A DNA stretch of 60,659 bases from Craspedostauros australis. Its lineage: Eukaryota. Positions 1 through 10,459 of the stretch are shown one piece after another (position 1 is the first letter of the stretch; each line of letters starts with the position of its first letter). The translations under genes and the position numbers were made by a program. The DNA is taken from positions 1 to 60,659 of the forward strand of contig JALAGF010006498.1 in NCBI GenBank assembly GCA_030167865.1, in the 5' to 3' direction. Below the pieces are notes generated by a model. It had not been told where the DNA came from, did not search any database, and saw only the letters and a list, made by a program, of their open reading frames with translations.

Positions 1-39
1 CAAATAGTTCTGCTCCTCCTTTCATCTGGTACTGCACAA

Positions 40-517
40 TGGAGGGGAAGTCAGGCAAGAGAAATCATCCTTGAGGATCTTTCTGGTACATTGCCAGTGG
101 AAGAGGAAGAGGTTGCTGATGTTGAGGCATGGGAGTTGTGCTATTCTCACCTGGCAGGATCCATTGATGTTGTTTTCAGTCAGTCTGAAGCTAGGCTTTG
201 CAATCATCGGAAGCAAATGGTGAAGAAGCTCAGACACTGATTGATGGAATCCAACACCTTGGTGAACAACGGGCAACTCCACCCACGACAGAAACACAAC
301 CACCGGGGGAGCCTATTTTGTGTCTGTCGCAAAGATGCTTCTCTGCCACGCTATCAAGGATGGAAGCCACACACATTTAACACCGTTCCAACTGCGACAA
401 AGCTGGCCCGAGTATGCTCCATTTAGTCATACGAAGTTCAAGGAACGCATGTACCAAGAGGCTCGTCATCAGAACTTCATCGTTTATCTTGGGAGGAACT
501 GTAACACAACTAATTAA
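40..517 (+). pseudogene. Degenerate copy of a diatom multicopy hypothetical protein family (probably TE-associated)
   Basis: Frame from 40 reads WRGSQAREIILEDLSGTL...AWELCYSHL...FSQSEARLCNHRKQ, then TGA at 238, then LHPRQKHNHRG. Frameshift(s) at ~305-320 lead into SVAKMLLCHAIKDG...LRQSWPEYAPF...FKERMYQEARHQNF. Recalled as a repetitive diatom family. The first 200 bp contain no CpG. Confidence 0.5.
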
Positions 518-544
518 GACAGATTTACGCTGCAAAATAGAATT

Positions 545-672
545 CACTTGTCTCCGTAGTCATTTTTGTTTACACGTGTGCTTNNNNNNNNNNNNNNNNN
601 NNNNNNNNNNNNNNNNNNNNNNNNNNNNNNNNNCACTTGTCTCCGTAGTCATTTTTGTTTACACGTGTGCTT
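545..672. repeat. 39-bp direct duplication flanking a 50-N gap (likely assembly overlap)
   Basis: 545-583 is identical to 634-672 (CACTTGTCTCC...GTGTGCTT), separated by Ns at 584-633. Confidence 0.8.
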
Positions 673-690
673 GGCTCATGTCTGTGTTTG

Positions 691-840
691 GATGACTTTG
701 CCCAACTTTGTCCAATTTTGTCCAATTTTGTCAAAGTCGATTTGCTATTGTCCATTTTTGCCGAGTTCTGTCCAACTTTGTCTCACTCTGTCCAACTTTG
801 TCTGACTTTGTCCAACTTTGTCTCACTCTGTCAAGTGATG
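691..840. repeat. 10-bp-period minisatellite (TCCAACTTTG consensus) with a 20-bp higher-order unit
   Basis: About 14 decamers in register. 771-830 alternates TCCAACTTTG with TCTCACTCTG or TCTGACTTTG. Confidence 0.9.
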
Positions 841-1487
841 ACAACCAAGGAAACCGCTATTTCTCAAATTTTGGAAACTAGTAAAAATGAGCAACACTAT
901 CGTTTTCTCGATCAGTTCTGTCAAAAGAGAGAAAATGTCATGTCGAAAACTTTCAATCACGTTCAAGATGGATCTTCTGGACAAAATGTTGGGTGTCCCT
1001 GACATACGACCTGCAGATCGCAAAAAAAAATCATCTCGATAACACTTGTTTGTATTGTTTTGGTGTCTTTTGGACGCTGGTTTGCTCCGTATTGGTTGCT
1101 GTTGGGAGCAAAGGCGATTCCGTACATAGAGTAGTTATTTCGTGTTTTCTCTCTCCGATCCGTCTTCTACGTCACACAGAATATTTCATAGAGTGCGTCG
1201 TGAAACACCAATCACAACACAACGTGGAACATCATCAGTTGTGTGTTGTTGTGATGGGATGGTTGTGTGCCTGCTAATTTCGTACTCTACGTACACCCAT
1301 GACGAGGTACATACGGTGATCCATCGTTACATGGGATGGTATGGCGTTACATTTGCGACAGGTAGCTGGCCCTCTTGTGGCCCGTGCGTGCTCACTCTCC
1401 TTTGTTGCTAGACCATACGAGTACGAGTACGAGCAATCGGCACATATTCATGCCTATTATGTCTGTTTTCCTTGCATCGGCCGCCGT

Positions 1488-3788
1488 TTAGGCAAGGGTG
1501 CCTTGTGTGGCGATGTTGGGAATCACAGTGTACTCCTGATTCTTGTTGCTTGCACGATGCCATATCACGCCGACCAATCCAACGAACAGCACCCCAAATC
1601 CAACGAGCAGGTGGGTGGATGATTCCAGATCGGGTGCCTCGAATCCAACATCGGCCAGCGTCGTTGGAGGATCCCAATCGACCGGGTTGGTACCAATCTT
1701 CGCCAAGCAGTACGCTCCCGTCCATCCCTCGTTGCATGCGCACGTTTTCTTCTTCGTGCACGTTCCACGATCCTTGCCGCCACAGTTCTGACGCACGGCG
1801 GGGTGCTTGCCGTCAGGCTTAAATCCCACGACGCACTCACCGCCACCGTTCTGAACCTCCTTCAACGGTTGCTCGTCATTCTCTGTCATGTAGTTCTCCT
1901 GATGGGCTTCGATGTAGCGGCGCGTGGGGCGCTCGGGGGTCGAGCAGCCCACCTTCTGCTCTGGCTTGCTGGGGTCCTGGTAGATGCGAATCCAGTCCAC
2001 CTTGTACTTTGGCTTTGCCTTGAGCATCTTGCAGAAACCGCGGGAGAAGCCGCAGGTGTGCTGCCACTCCTTGGAATTGCAGTCGTACTTCTTGCAGTCG
2101 CAGTTGGTTGGGCAGTCCTTGGGGAATCCCCATTGGGAGGAGATGGCGGTGTTGATCAGCAGGTAGCTTGGTTCGGCGGAAATCTCAGCGCCTGTGATGA
2201 AAAATGTGGGAAGCACGGTGTCGGAATTGGGCGAAGATGTGAGTTGTTTCTTCTGATGCAATCATCTCAGGATTTTACCCATGTCTGTCCATTGGAGCGA
2301 GCACGTCTGCCATTTTTGCATGCAGGAAACGAATGAGACACCCAACCACCCATTCTCCACGCAGAAGACAGAATCAAGTCCAGACAATTTCAAAATGCAC
2401 ATAATCAAGGCAGAGTGACGGCTCTGTGACTCACCCATTCCAGATTCCCTGATTCCGGTTCCGTTGATGGAAAGCACGAGTTCCCCATCGAGGAACCAGT
2501 GAAGGTAACCGTCCTTCTCGTCGGTGGGGACGTCCCATTCGAGACGGTAGACGTGGCTGGAGTTGAAGTGCGTCTCCGCGAGCTGACGGTTGTAACTGAT
2601 GGCATCGCTCCAGTAATCCTTCTTGAGGCTCTGGTCCTTGCTGAAGTGATTGTAGTTGCCGTAGAACTGGATATTGAGGGCCGACTGGTAACCACCCTTG
2701 AGGCCGTCGTACCATTGGTTGGGGCCCGGCCACCAGCCGTTGCCTGGGCGGTTGCTGGACATGCCTGGCGCAGCCTGGAAGGAGGCGCTCATGAAAGGCT
2801 GGCCGACGGGGCTCTCGAGGAAGGGTCCCTGGTTGGCCTTGATGTCACCTGGCTGCACCTCGTAGATGTCGATCTCGGGCGAGCCTCGTCCCTGGAAGGA
2901 GTGCAGACCGAAGTGCTCGGCCTCGGCGCATCCCGAAATGAGCTGCGATTCGAAGCTCTGCTGCGTGCAGCGGCTGGAGCTCCATGGCCAGACGTGTTCG
3001 GAGCTGCCGACGTAGGTGTGACGCGCGAGGTTGCCGAGAAGCCAGAAGGCCGGCCAGAGACCGCCGGCGGTGGGGCTCCCGGGCATGGTGGCCTTGATCT
3101 CAACGATGCCGCCCGTGAAGCAGAACTTGTTCCAGGTTTGAATCATGGCCGATCGGAAGTGCTTCGTGTCGTGCACCTTCTCCTGCTTGACGTCGTCGAA
3201 GCCGACGATCTCCGTGTCCTCAGCTTCGGTGGTGATGACGAGCTCTCCGTTGTCGTTGGTCTCCGCGTTGCGGTTGCTGTAGTAGTGCAGAGCGTCGTTG
3301 GTGTAATCGTTCTTCTCGAGCGCAGTCCAACGCGGATCGGCTCCATCCTCGAACGTGCGGCCTGGGGTGTTGAATTCGTCGGAGAAGATGAGCTCGTAGG
3401 ATCCTGGCGTGGCCGTGGGGTACTCCGTTGGTTGGGAGGAAGGCTCCGAGGACGGCACGTTAGAGTTGCTGGGTGCGGCCGACGGCGTCGAAGACGGGGA
3501 TACCGAAGGTAGGTTCGTTGACTTTGGCTTTTGAGGGGCCGATGGAGCGCTGGTCTCCGCGCTGGCCTTCTTGTCATGCCAATCCAGCACTCGATCTGGG
3601 TATGGCTGCGTGAGGCGCTGGTCCATGGGGGTGTCCGGATCGATCCAGTCCCCTCTCACGCCACTCAACGAGCAGCTGAGGGTCAGGGCCAGCATCAGTG
3701 CCATCTTCATGCTGGTCATCGTTGCTCTCGCTCTCGCTGTTGTTGCTCTGGTTGTTGGCTGCACGCCGGCTGTGCCTGTCACCTTCAT
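1488..3788 (-). CDS. GH16 KRE6/SKN1-family beta-1,6-transglycosylase (diatom TGS-like), 2 exons
   Basis: Signal peptide followed by DWIDPDTP; motifs LIFSDEF, FCFTGG, GLWPAFW and catalytic EIDIYE. Intron 2434-2192 (GTGAGT...CAG) gives ...ESGMGAEISAEPSYLLINTAIS. C-terminus has an EGF-like Cys module, a TM helix and YTVI. True start may be the downstream Met (MTSMKM). Confidence 0.9.
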
Positions 3789-4517
3789 TTTTGTTTCTTT
3801 CGCAAATACGATCGCAATTTATTGTCACAACTCCAACTGCAACTGTAACTGTAGAAGCCGAGGCAAGAGGATGCTCGCAGATGCCGATAACGAGGAGTGC
3901 TGGGGATCGCTTCCGGTGGTCGTGATGATTATGGATTGCCGAATCTGTCACGGTGAATTTGGAGAATGAGATGGTGTGGCTTCCGAGTTACTCTCTGCAC
4001 AAGCGGCAACGCATGAAGGATGTGCGCTCTCGATTGTGCTGTTTCCTTTTTGAGGATCGTCTTCGTCATCGATCACGTGTTGTTGTGGTTGTCATCGTTG
4101 TCATCGTCGATGTCGTATCTTCACGCGCAAACATGCAGATACGTACGCCATACACACCATCGACGTCACAGAAACGAATGGAGACACGAACGCGAACAAC
4201 CAAAGTTGACATACGTGTATCGACTGGGTCAAACAGGGAATGGTTTTGATCAATTGGGTCGTCGAGTCGATTCGTTTCAGGGTTGCTTCGCCTGTCCGTC
4301 AGTACGGCCAGATCCTCGAAAACCGACGCAAACGCCAACCAACATCACCAAACAACGTCACACGGACACATCGACACATCAACAAACACCTTCCTTCTTC
4401 ATTGTTGCATCGAATCATCCATGAACAAGCTCATGCTCAGGATCCATCCCTCGTCCCAGCCGCCGCCAATGAACAAACCTCTCCATTGGAACACGCGGTT
4501 CACGATTGCAATCAACG

Positions 4518-5819
4518 ATGAAAAGGGAATACCAGCAAGAGTGTTTGACGAGATCAGGCAAGGCTAGGTCGCTCTTGTCATGCTGCTATCTTCTGTTGGT
4601 TTGCGAGGCCACATCGACCTTCGCTGCTTCTGCATCTGTTCCTTCAAACACTCTCACTCGCACTGGTACGAATGCCAGCAGCAGACAGCTGCCGTTCTGC
4701 TTGGCAGCCAACCGCCAAGGACGTCGAAGGCCTCGCTCGTCGTCATCGAACACACCCGAGTCGTCAACAGCAGCAGCAGAACCACAGCTTGCTGCCAAAG
4801 GATTCCAATCCAAGCCGGCTGTCGAGACCAAGCCAGCCGGTGATGGGTCTGTGAGAGCTACAGCTGCAACTGCCGTCACTTCCACTTCCACGACGGCGTC
4901 CACAAGTGAGCGCATCTACTCTCTGCCAGCGCTCTATGATCTCGCTTTCGGATATCGCAATTTCGAGGATGAGGTTCGGTTCTTGGTTGCTCAACATCAG
5001 CTGCTGCAGAATCCACAACAGCAGCAGGGGGAAGGCGATGTCAGCGACGATGCCAACGATGGTGCTGATCAGTCGCCGGCTCCGATCAACGTCTTGGAGT
5101 TGGCATCGGGGCCATCCCGGCATTGCATCCACGCCATTCAATCCAACCTCATACGATCGGCGACGGCCCTGGACGCCTCCACGGATATGATACAGTACGC
5201 CAAGAAAATCGCGAAGGAAGAACTCTCCGATCTTGATGACAACGACATCGATCAGCGGTTGACCTTCGTGCAGGATGACATGAGATCATTCACGCTCAGC
5301 AGCAACAACAAAATCAATGATATCGATTCTGCATGGATCCTGCTGGGGTCCATGCAGCACCTCACCACCAACGAGGATGTCATCGCTTGCTTCCGATCAA
5401 TCCACAGCGTCCTCAAGCCCGATGCCACCCTCATCATAGAACTGCCACACCCGCGAGAAACCTTCTCCCTCGTCGAATGCACGCGCAACGGCTGGGAGGT
5501 CCCGCTCGAAGACGACGACGGCAAGCAATTCGGCGAGCTCGAGATCGTGTGGGGCGACGACAACGACGCCTTCGATCCCATTCGCCAGGTTCGCGACTTC
5601 ACAGTCTCCATGGAGCTCAAGGGCGTGCCCGAGGAGGAACAGCAGAAGGTCAAGGAGATCGTGCCCATGCGCCTCTTCACGACGCAGGAGATCGACGCCC
5701 TCGCGCGGTTGTCGGGGTTCCGCATCGCCGCCTTGCATGGTGCCGTGGCGGATGGCGTCGACATCAACGATGGAGACCAGGCCTACCGGCTCGTGTGCGT
5801 TCTGCAGAAAGAGGGGTGA
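4518..5819 (+). CDS. Class I SAM-dependent methyltransferase, probably plastid-targeted
   Basis: YDLAFGYRNF, motif I VLELASGPSRH, ALDASTDM, FVQDDMRSF, LKPDATLIIE. Hydrophobic N-terminus followed by TST-FAA resembles a bipartite presequence. Confidence 0.85.
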   Translation: MKREYQQECLTRSGKARSLLSCCYLLLVCEATSTFAASASVPSNTLTRTGTNASSRQLPFCLAANRQGRRRPRSSSSNTPESSTAAAEPQLAAKGFQSKPAVETKPAGDGSVRATAATAVTSTSTTASTSERIYSLPALYDLAFGYRNFEDEVRFLVAQHQLLQNPQQQQGEGDVSDDANDGADQSPAPINVLELASGPSRHCIHAIQSNLIRSATALDASTDMIQYAKKIAKEELSDLDDNDIDQRLTFVQDDMRSFTLSSNNKINDIDSAWILLGSMQHLTTNEDVIACFRSIHSVLKPDATLIIELPHPRETFSLVECTRNGWEVPLEDDDGKQFGELEIVWGDDNDAFDPIRQVRDFTVSMELKGVPEEEQQKVKEIVPMRLFTTQEIDALARLSGFRIAALHGAVADGVDINDGDQAYRLVCVLQKEG

Positions 5820-6773
5820 ACTCGCTCCATGGCAGATGACGGCTCGTGAATCCGAAATGAAACAATGCACAACACACCCGTTAGCAACATGACCAAACTC
5901 TGTTTGGAGCAATGAGCTGTCCTGACGCAGTTGCATTCCTCAAGCATCACGGTGATGACCGTCACGGACCTGGCAGTGGATAGTAATACCGCGTAGAAAC
6001 TGACACGTGCATCTCTGACCTGTGTTTCCAACTTGAACACCACCTGTTTCTGTTGTAACTCTGCAAGCCGACGAAAGGGAAGCAAAGTAAAATGAATTGA
6101 AGTGAAGTGAAGTGAAGTGGCATCCATTGCCAAATTGAAACCAAGAGATACAGGACGGTTAACGAACGGATCTGCTATTGTCTTTTTCTGAACAAGTACC
6201 GCAAACAGACATTCAATAACAGCAAACAGACAGTCACCAAAGTCATGACTGACGCTCATGACTAATATTTGGTCCGTTTCGGCCTGACCTTCTTCCTCAA
6301 CTTCTAAATTGTAATTTAATTGGATACTTCACGCATACCCATATAAATCACGAGTTATCGAAACACGGATTGTATCTCGCCAAAAGCGGAGAACGAATCG
6401 CTTGCGCTGCAAGTTGACGTGAAGAAACTCACGAGGATGGACACAGCACAAATTCTGCATGACAGTTGGTGCCAAAGCCCATCACATTGTGCCATAGATC
6501 GTATCTATATCTAATATACCAACACACATCACGCATGCACTCCACTTCACATACCTGCAGATGGAGTGATTCACTTGGTTCGAATGAGAGCAGGAAAGCA
6601 GAGCAACGATGCCAACCAGAATCAGAAGAAGTCGGGGGTTGGCCGTTCTGTCCCCCAAAGGTGACGGGAATGACGATGGCAGCCACACAGAGGGTGCCAA
6701 AGAAGCAGAGGATCCAGCAGCCTCAGCAACACACGAAGCAATGTCAGATCTCGCGACGTTGCAAAGCACGCAA

Positions 6774-7302
6774 CATTAGCACAACGCTTTATTCACCTGA
6801 TTCGTTTTATGATTAGTCTGTCCCGGTATGTGCTGAAATTATGCTTTCCTCAGACACATGATTTTTGGCATAAGGGACACACTATAGAGAACATCAGAGA
6901 TTCGGTCTGGTCACCACCCGGCAAACATGTGATGTCCAATTTGACCTGACATACTTCCCAACTAAACCTGAAGTGACAACACCCTTGACGACCTCAAGCA
7001 TCATCAATGGAATGTGGAATCGACAGAGCCATGGAATGGTGATGAGTGGCGTCGACACAGAAGACATCATTGCCACATCATGGGTCATCTCCACATCAGA
7101 ACAAGATTGCAGAGGTGCAATGACCAAGAGCTGTCCTTGAAGACAGCAACATGAGATACAACTCAATGAAGATAACATAAGACCAGAAGTCACTCAACCC
7201 AATCAGTGTCTTCACTACACCAGCTCATCACCATCGTCCTGAAAGACTTGATCTCTCTTGAAGGACTCGTGTGATTTCGCTGTGTACAATAACAAGATAA
7301 CA
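6774..7302 (+). mobile_element. Solo LTR (Ty1/copia-like), copy 1
   Basis: 529 bp, CATTAGC...GATAACA (degenerate TGTTA...TAACA termini). Flanked by perfect 5-bp TSD CGCAA (6769-6773 and 7303-7307). Homologous to 8875-9408 in inverse orientation. Confidence 0.9.
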
Positions 7303-7720
7303 CGCAAAGAGCTCGGTTGCCAGCGTCACACAAATCTTGCACTAGCACGAACTCCGCAACTCCTCCCTCTGCTTCTAATGCTGCTCAAGCTGCCAGCATG
7401 TTGCCAAGAACATCACACAGAGCTCGGTCCAGACCATGGCCAAAGTCCCGATCCAAACTTCAGCCCGTATCGAAGCCCATGTCGAAGCACGCATTGAAGC
7501 CCCAGCACAGATCCAAGACAAAGGCCACTTCCAAGCATGATGCCACTGATACGAACAATGAAGATGGCCCACCTGGAGATGATGCATCACAAGATGGCAG
7601 AGCAATGAGTCCTCTGCAATGGTCCAACTGCAAGAGAGTAGCTCTGAATCAACAACAGTGTCAACAACAGTCTCAACAACAGTGCCGACGCAACATGCTA
7701 GCAGCAGCAGAAGCAGAAGC

Positions 7721-7741
7721 AATAATAATAATAATAATAAT
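7721..7741. repeat. (AAT)7 microsatellite, possible 3' tail of the minus-strand LINE-like element
   Basis: Seven perfect AAT units at the junction of the two convergent degenerate ORFs. Confidence 0.85.
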
Positions 7742-8162
7742 GATTCACAATGATTGAACCCGCCACTGGGCCTGCCCCAAGGGCTTTAGACTCACTGGCA
7801 CACGCTGTAATGGCACTGGCTAGGTCAAGTATGCTACAAATATTCCACAGCACCCTGGCAAGACACGCCCGGAACCCAGCGCCCAACACGGCGCCCCCAA
7901 ATGGCCCTGCAAAGGGCCCGCAGCGCACAACCAACGCCAGTCCGGCCCCAAACCACCCTACTGGCAGCCGATGGCACCCGGCCTGCACACAGCTCCTCTC
8001 ACCCTTGCCTTCGGCATTGAGATGGCCACCTCACACACGCGCGGTCACAGCGGCCAAAGCGTTCCCAGCCAACCTCTGCGCTTGCACCCTGTTCCCACAC
8101 ATCCATCCTTGGGGCCCTGTGCCGCCCCCTCCTGTCCTGGCTCCTGCCTGCCTTCGATGCCT

Positions 8163-10002
8163 TCACGCGGAACAGCCTCCCTCACAGCCCCCACAAAAAC
8201 GTAGCCACACTTTGCACGTCGCGACCTCCGTGTGTGTACATGACCCCCCACCACTGGTGGCCACTGCCTTGTCCAGCCGGATCCAGCCTTCGAACACTGT
8301 CACTTGCTCTGCATTCACCTCCACTTGTTCCATCCTTACCTGTTTCCTCTCCTGCGCCTTCACCGCGATGCCTCTGGCCTTGTTCCTCCTGTGCCACAGG
8401 CCCTGCATGAACCTCCACCCTGCCAACACCATATCCCTGGCCCAGGTGTCCATCATGTAGTAACGTCTGCACATACTGTACTCAGCAAACCACAGTTGCT
8501 GCTGTTTGCACCATTCCTGCGGCACCCAACCCAGGAGGACCGGCCACCACCTTGGGGCCACCTCTTTGCAGGAATCCATATGCAACAACCTCCTGCAGTA
8601 GGACCGGAGGCTGGCATAGATGGTGCTCACCAACTGCCCACTGGTGCCAATTGCCTTCAGTTCCTCTATGTACTGCTTGAAGCATGTCTCCCACTCCCCC
8701 CTGGACTCACGGCACTGGGCCACATGCTCTGTAGACTCCACACTGCTGCACCAGGAGCAGGCCTTGTTGCTGCTGTAGGGGTTGCATGCTTGTTTGGTGT
8801 GTGGCTTTTCCTTTCCCTCATTGGCGTCTGCTGGGTTTGGCAGTTTGGTTACCTTGTCAGTGTCCTTCTTCTGTTGTTATCTCGTTATTGTACACAGCGA
8901 AATCACACGAGTCCTTCAAGAGAGATCAAATCTTTCAGGACGAGGGTGACAAGCTGGTGAGTGAAGACACTGTTTGGGTTGAGTGACTTCTGGTTCTTAT
9001 GTTATCTTCATTGAGTTGTATCTCATGTTGCTGTCTTCAAGGTCAGCTCTCAGTCATTGCACCTCNNNNNNNNNNNNNNNNNNNNNNNNNNNNNNNNNNN
9101 NNNNNNNNNNNNNNNNNNNNNNNNNNNNNNNNNNNNNNNNNNNNNCCATGGCTCTGTCGATTCCACATTCCATTGATGATGCTTGAGGTCATCGAGTGTG
9201 TTGTCATTTCAGGTTTAGTTGGGAAGTATATCAGGTCGAATTGGGCATCACATATTTGCCGGGCGATGGCCAGACCGAATCTCTGATGTTCTCCCTAGTG
9301 TGTCCCTCTTATGCCGAAAATCATGTGTCGGAGTAAAGCATCGTTTCAGCACATACCAGGACAGACTAATCAGAAAACGAATCAGGTGAATAAAGCGTTG
9401 TGCTAATATCTGTAGTGTCTGGTTCTTCCTCTTGTCTGAGGCCTTCTTCTGTAGTGTCTCCTTCTTTGTGCTGCTGGTTGGTTTGATCTTCCTGTGTTTC
9501 TTTGGGGATTCTGGCTTGTTGGCTGTGTTGGCAATCCTTGCTGCAATCCATGGGTTGGTCAAGCTACTTCCCATGATGCTCCCTTCCTTCCAGAATGATG
9601 GGGGAAACATTTCAGCTCAGGTGGCCAGCATTCTAGCTTCTGTTTGTTGTACTTTTTGATTCACCGCTGCATTTTAATGGCATGCTCTGCCTTTGGTGGA
9701 CATGTCGATCCACTCTTCCAAAGTCTCCAGTTCCCCACATTTGCTTTCCAGGTATTGGCAAATTTCCTTCCAGGCCATGTTGATGGAGTATCCACCTCCA
9801 ACACATTTGGCATATGGTTTGATGCCTCCTACCACCATCTTCTGTTTGGCCTCTCGCTCCTCTTTGGCTGTCCACATGGTTGTTTTTTGGCAATGCCATG
9901 GTCGGGCGCGTTCAGGGCCGTACCTCCTCCGAAATTCACTTGTTTCTTACGTGGTTTGCTGCTAGGTAATCCCTCGCTCTTGCTTGCCGTCATTGGAGCC
10001 AT
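8163..10002 (-). pseudogene. Degenerate non-LTR retrotransposon-like ORF (CCHC knuckle, Ambal/L1-like C-terminus), interrupted by solo LTR 2
   Basis: Removing LTR2 fuses ...NQTLQ|KKDTDK...KACSWCSSVESTEHVAQC...LLGWVPQEW...QGLWHRRN in frame. Upstream the same frame reaches MWTAKEE (9877) through two stops (TAA 9676-9674 and a TGA just before 9610). A probable frameshift links it to ATG 10002. Confidence 0.65.
8875..9408 (-). mobile_element. Solo LTR (Ty1/copia-like), copy 2, containing an 80-N gap
   Basis: On the minus strand reads TATTAGC...GATAACA. Perfect TSD TCTGT at 8870-8874 and 9409-9413. Aligns to copy 1 end to end; the gap corresponds to 77 nt (7035-7111) of copy 1. Confidence 0.9.
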
Positions 10003-10459
10003 GTTGCTCTTGCGACAGTTCGTCTTCTGTTTAAGTTTTTATGTTTTCTGTTATTGGTAATTGCGTATGTCCTCGAGTTCCGAAACCGTTTGCGATAACC
10101 ATAGGTTTCAGTACTGATTCTTACGCGGATTCAAAACCTGCTGGGTCTTCGCGCGCCTTTTTAATTCAGCGATTCCAGAAGAGTGAAGAAGAATCAGAAG
10201 CAAGAACGAGAGCATCGCACCGGGCGAGACGCACATCCTATCGGAGCCTGAGAAGCAGTCAGGTCCAGGTAGTCGGAAAATACATCACAGAAACCGAACA
10301 GATCACAAGAACGGAGCAAAAACACATGAATGAGATGGAATAGCCATAATCCATCCTCAATCCAATCAATACATCAAGTTACACGCTTACGACTATACCT
10401 ACGTTCCAATACATCCAGCAAGCCTTCCCCAAGGAGGCCACCCAAACGGCAAACAAACG

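Larger units (their letters stand above)
6609..7757 (+). pseudogene. Low-complexity ORF interrupted by solo LTR 1
   Basis: ATG 6609-6773 joins in frame to 7308-7757 once the LTR and one TSD are removed (MPTRIRRSRG...ATLQSTQ|RARLPASHK...), about 204 aa. No recognisable domain. Confidence 0.35.

Noticed and set aside
545..672. Biological direct repeat
   Set aside because: Identical copies directly abut a round 50-N gap, typical of an unmerged contig overlap; same pattern at 59570-59653.
691..840. CRISPR-like array
   Set aside because: Contiguous 10-bp units with no unique spacers, eukaryotic context and no cas genes.
6774..9408. Single element with long terminal inverted repeats (DIRS, Polinton or Mutator-like)
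   Set aside because: Each repeat has its own TSD, and the ORFs continue across each repeat into the outside flanks, so these are two separate solo LTRs.
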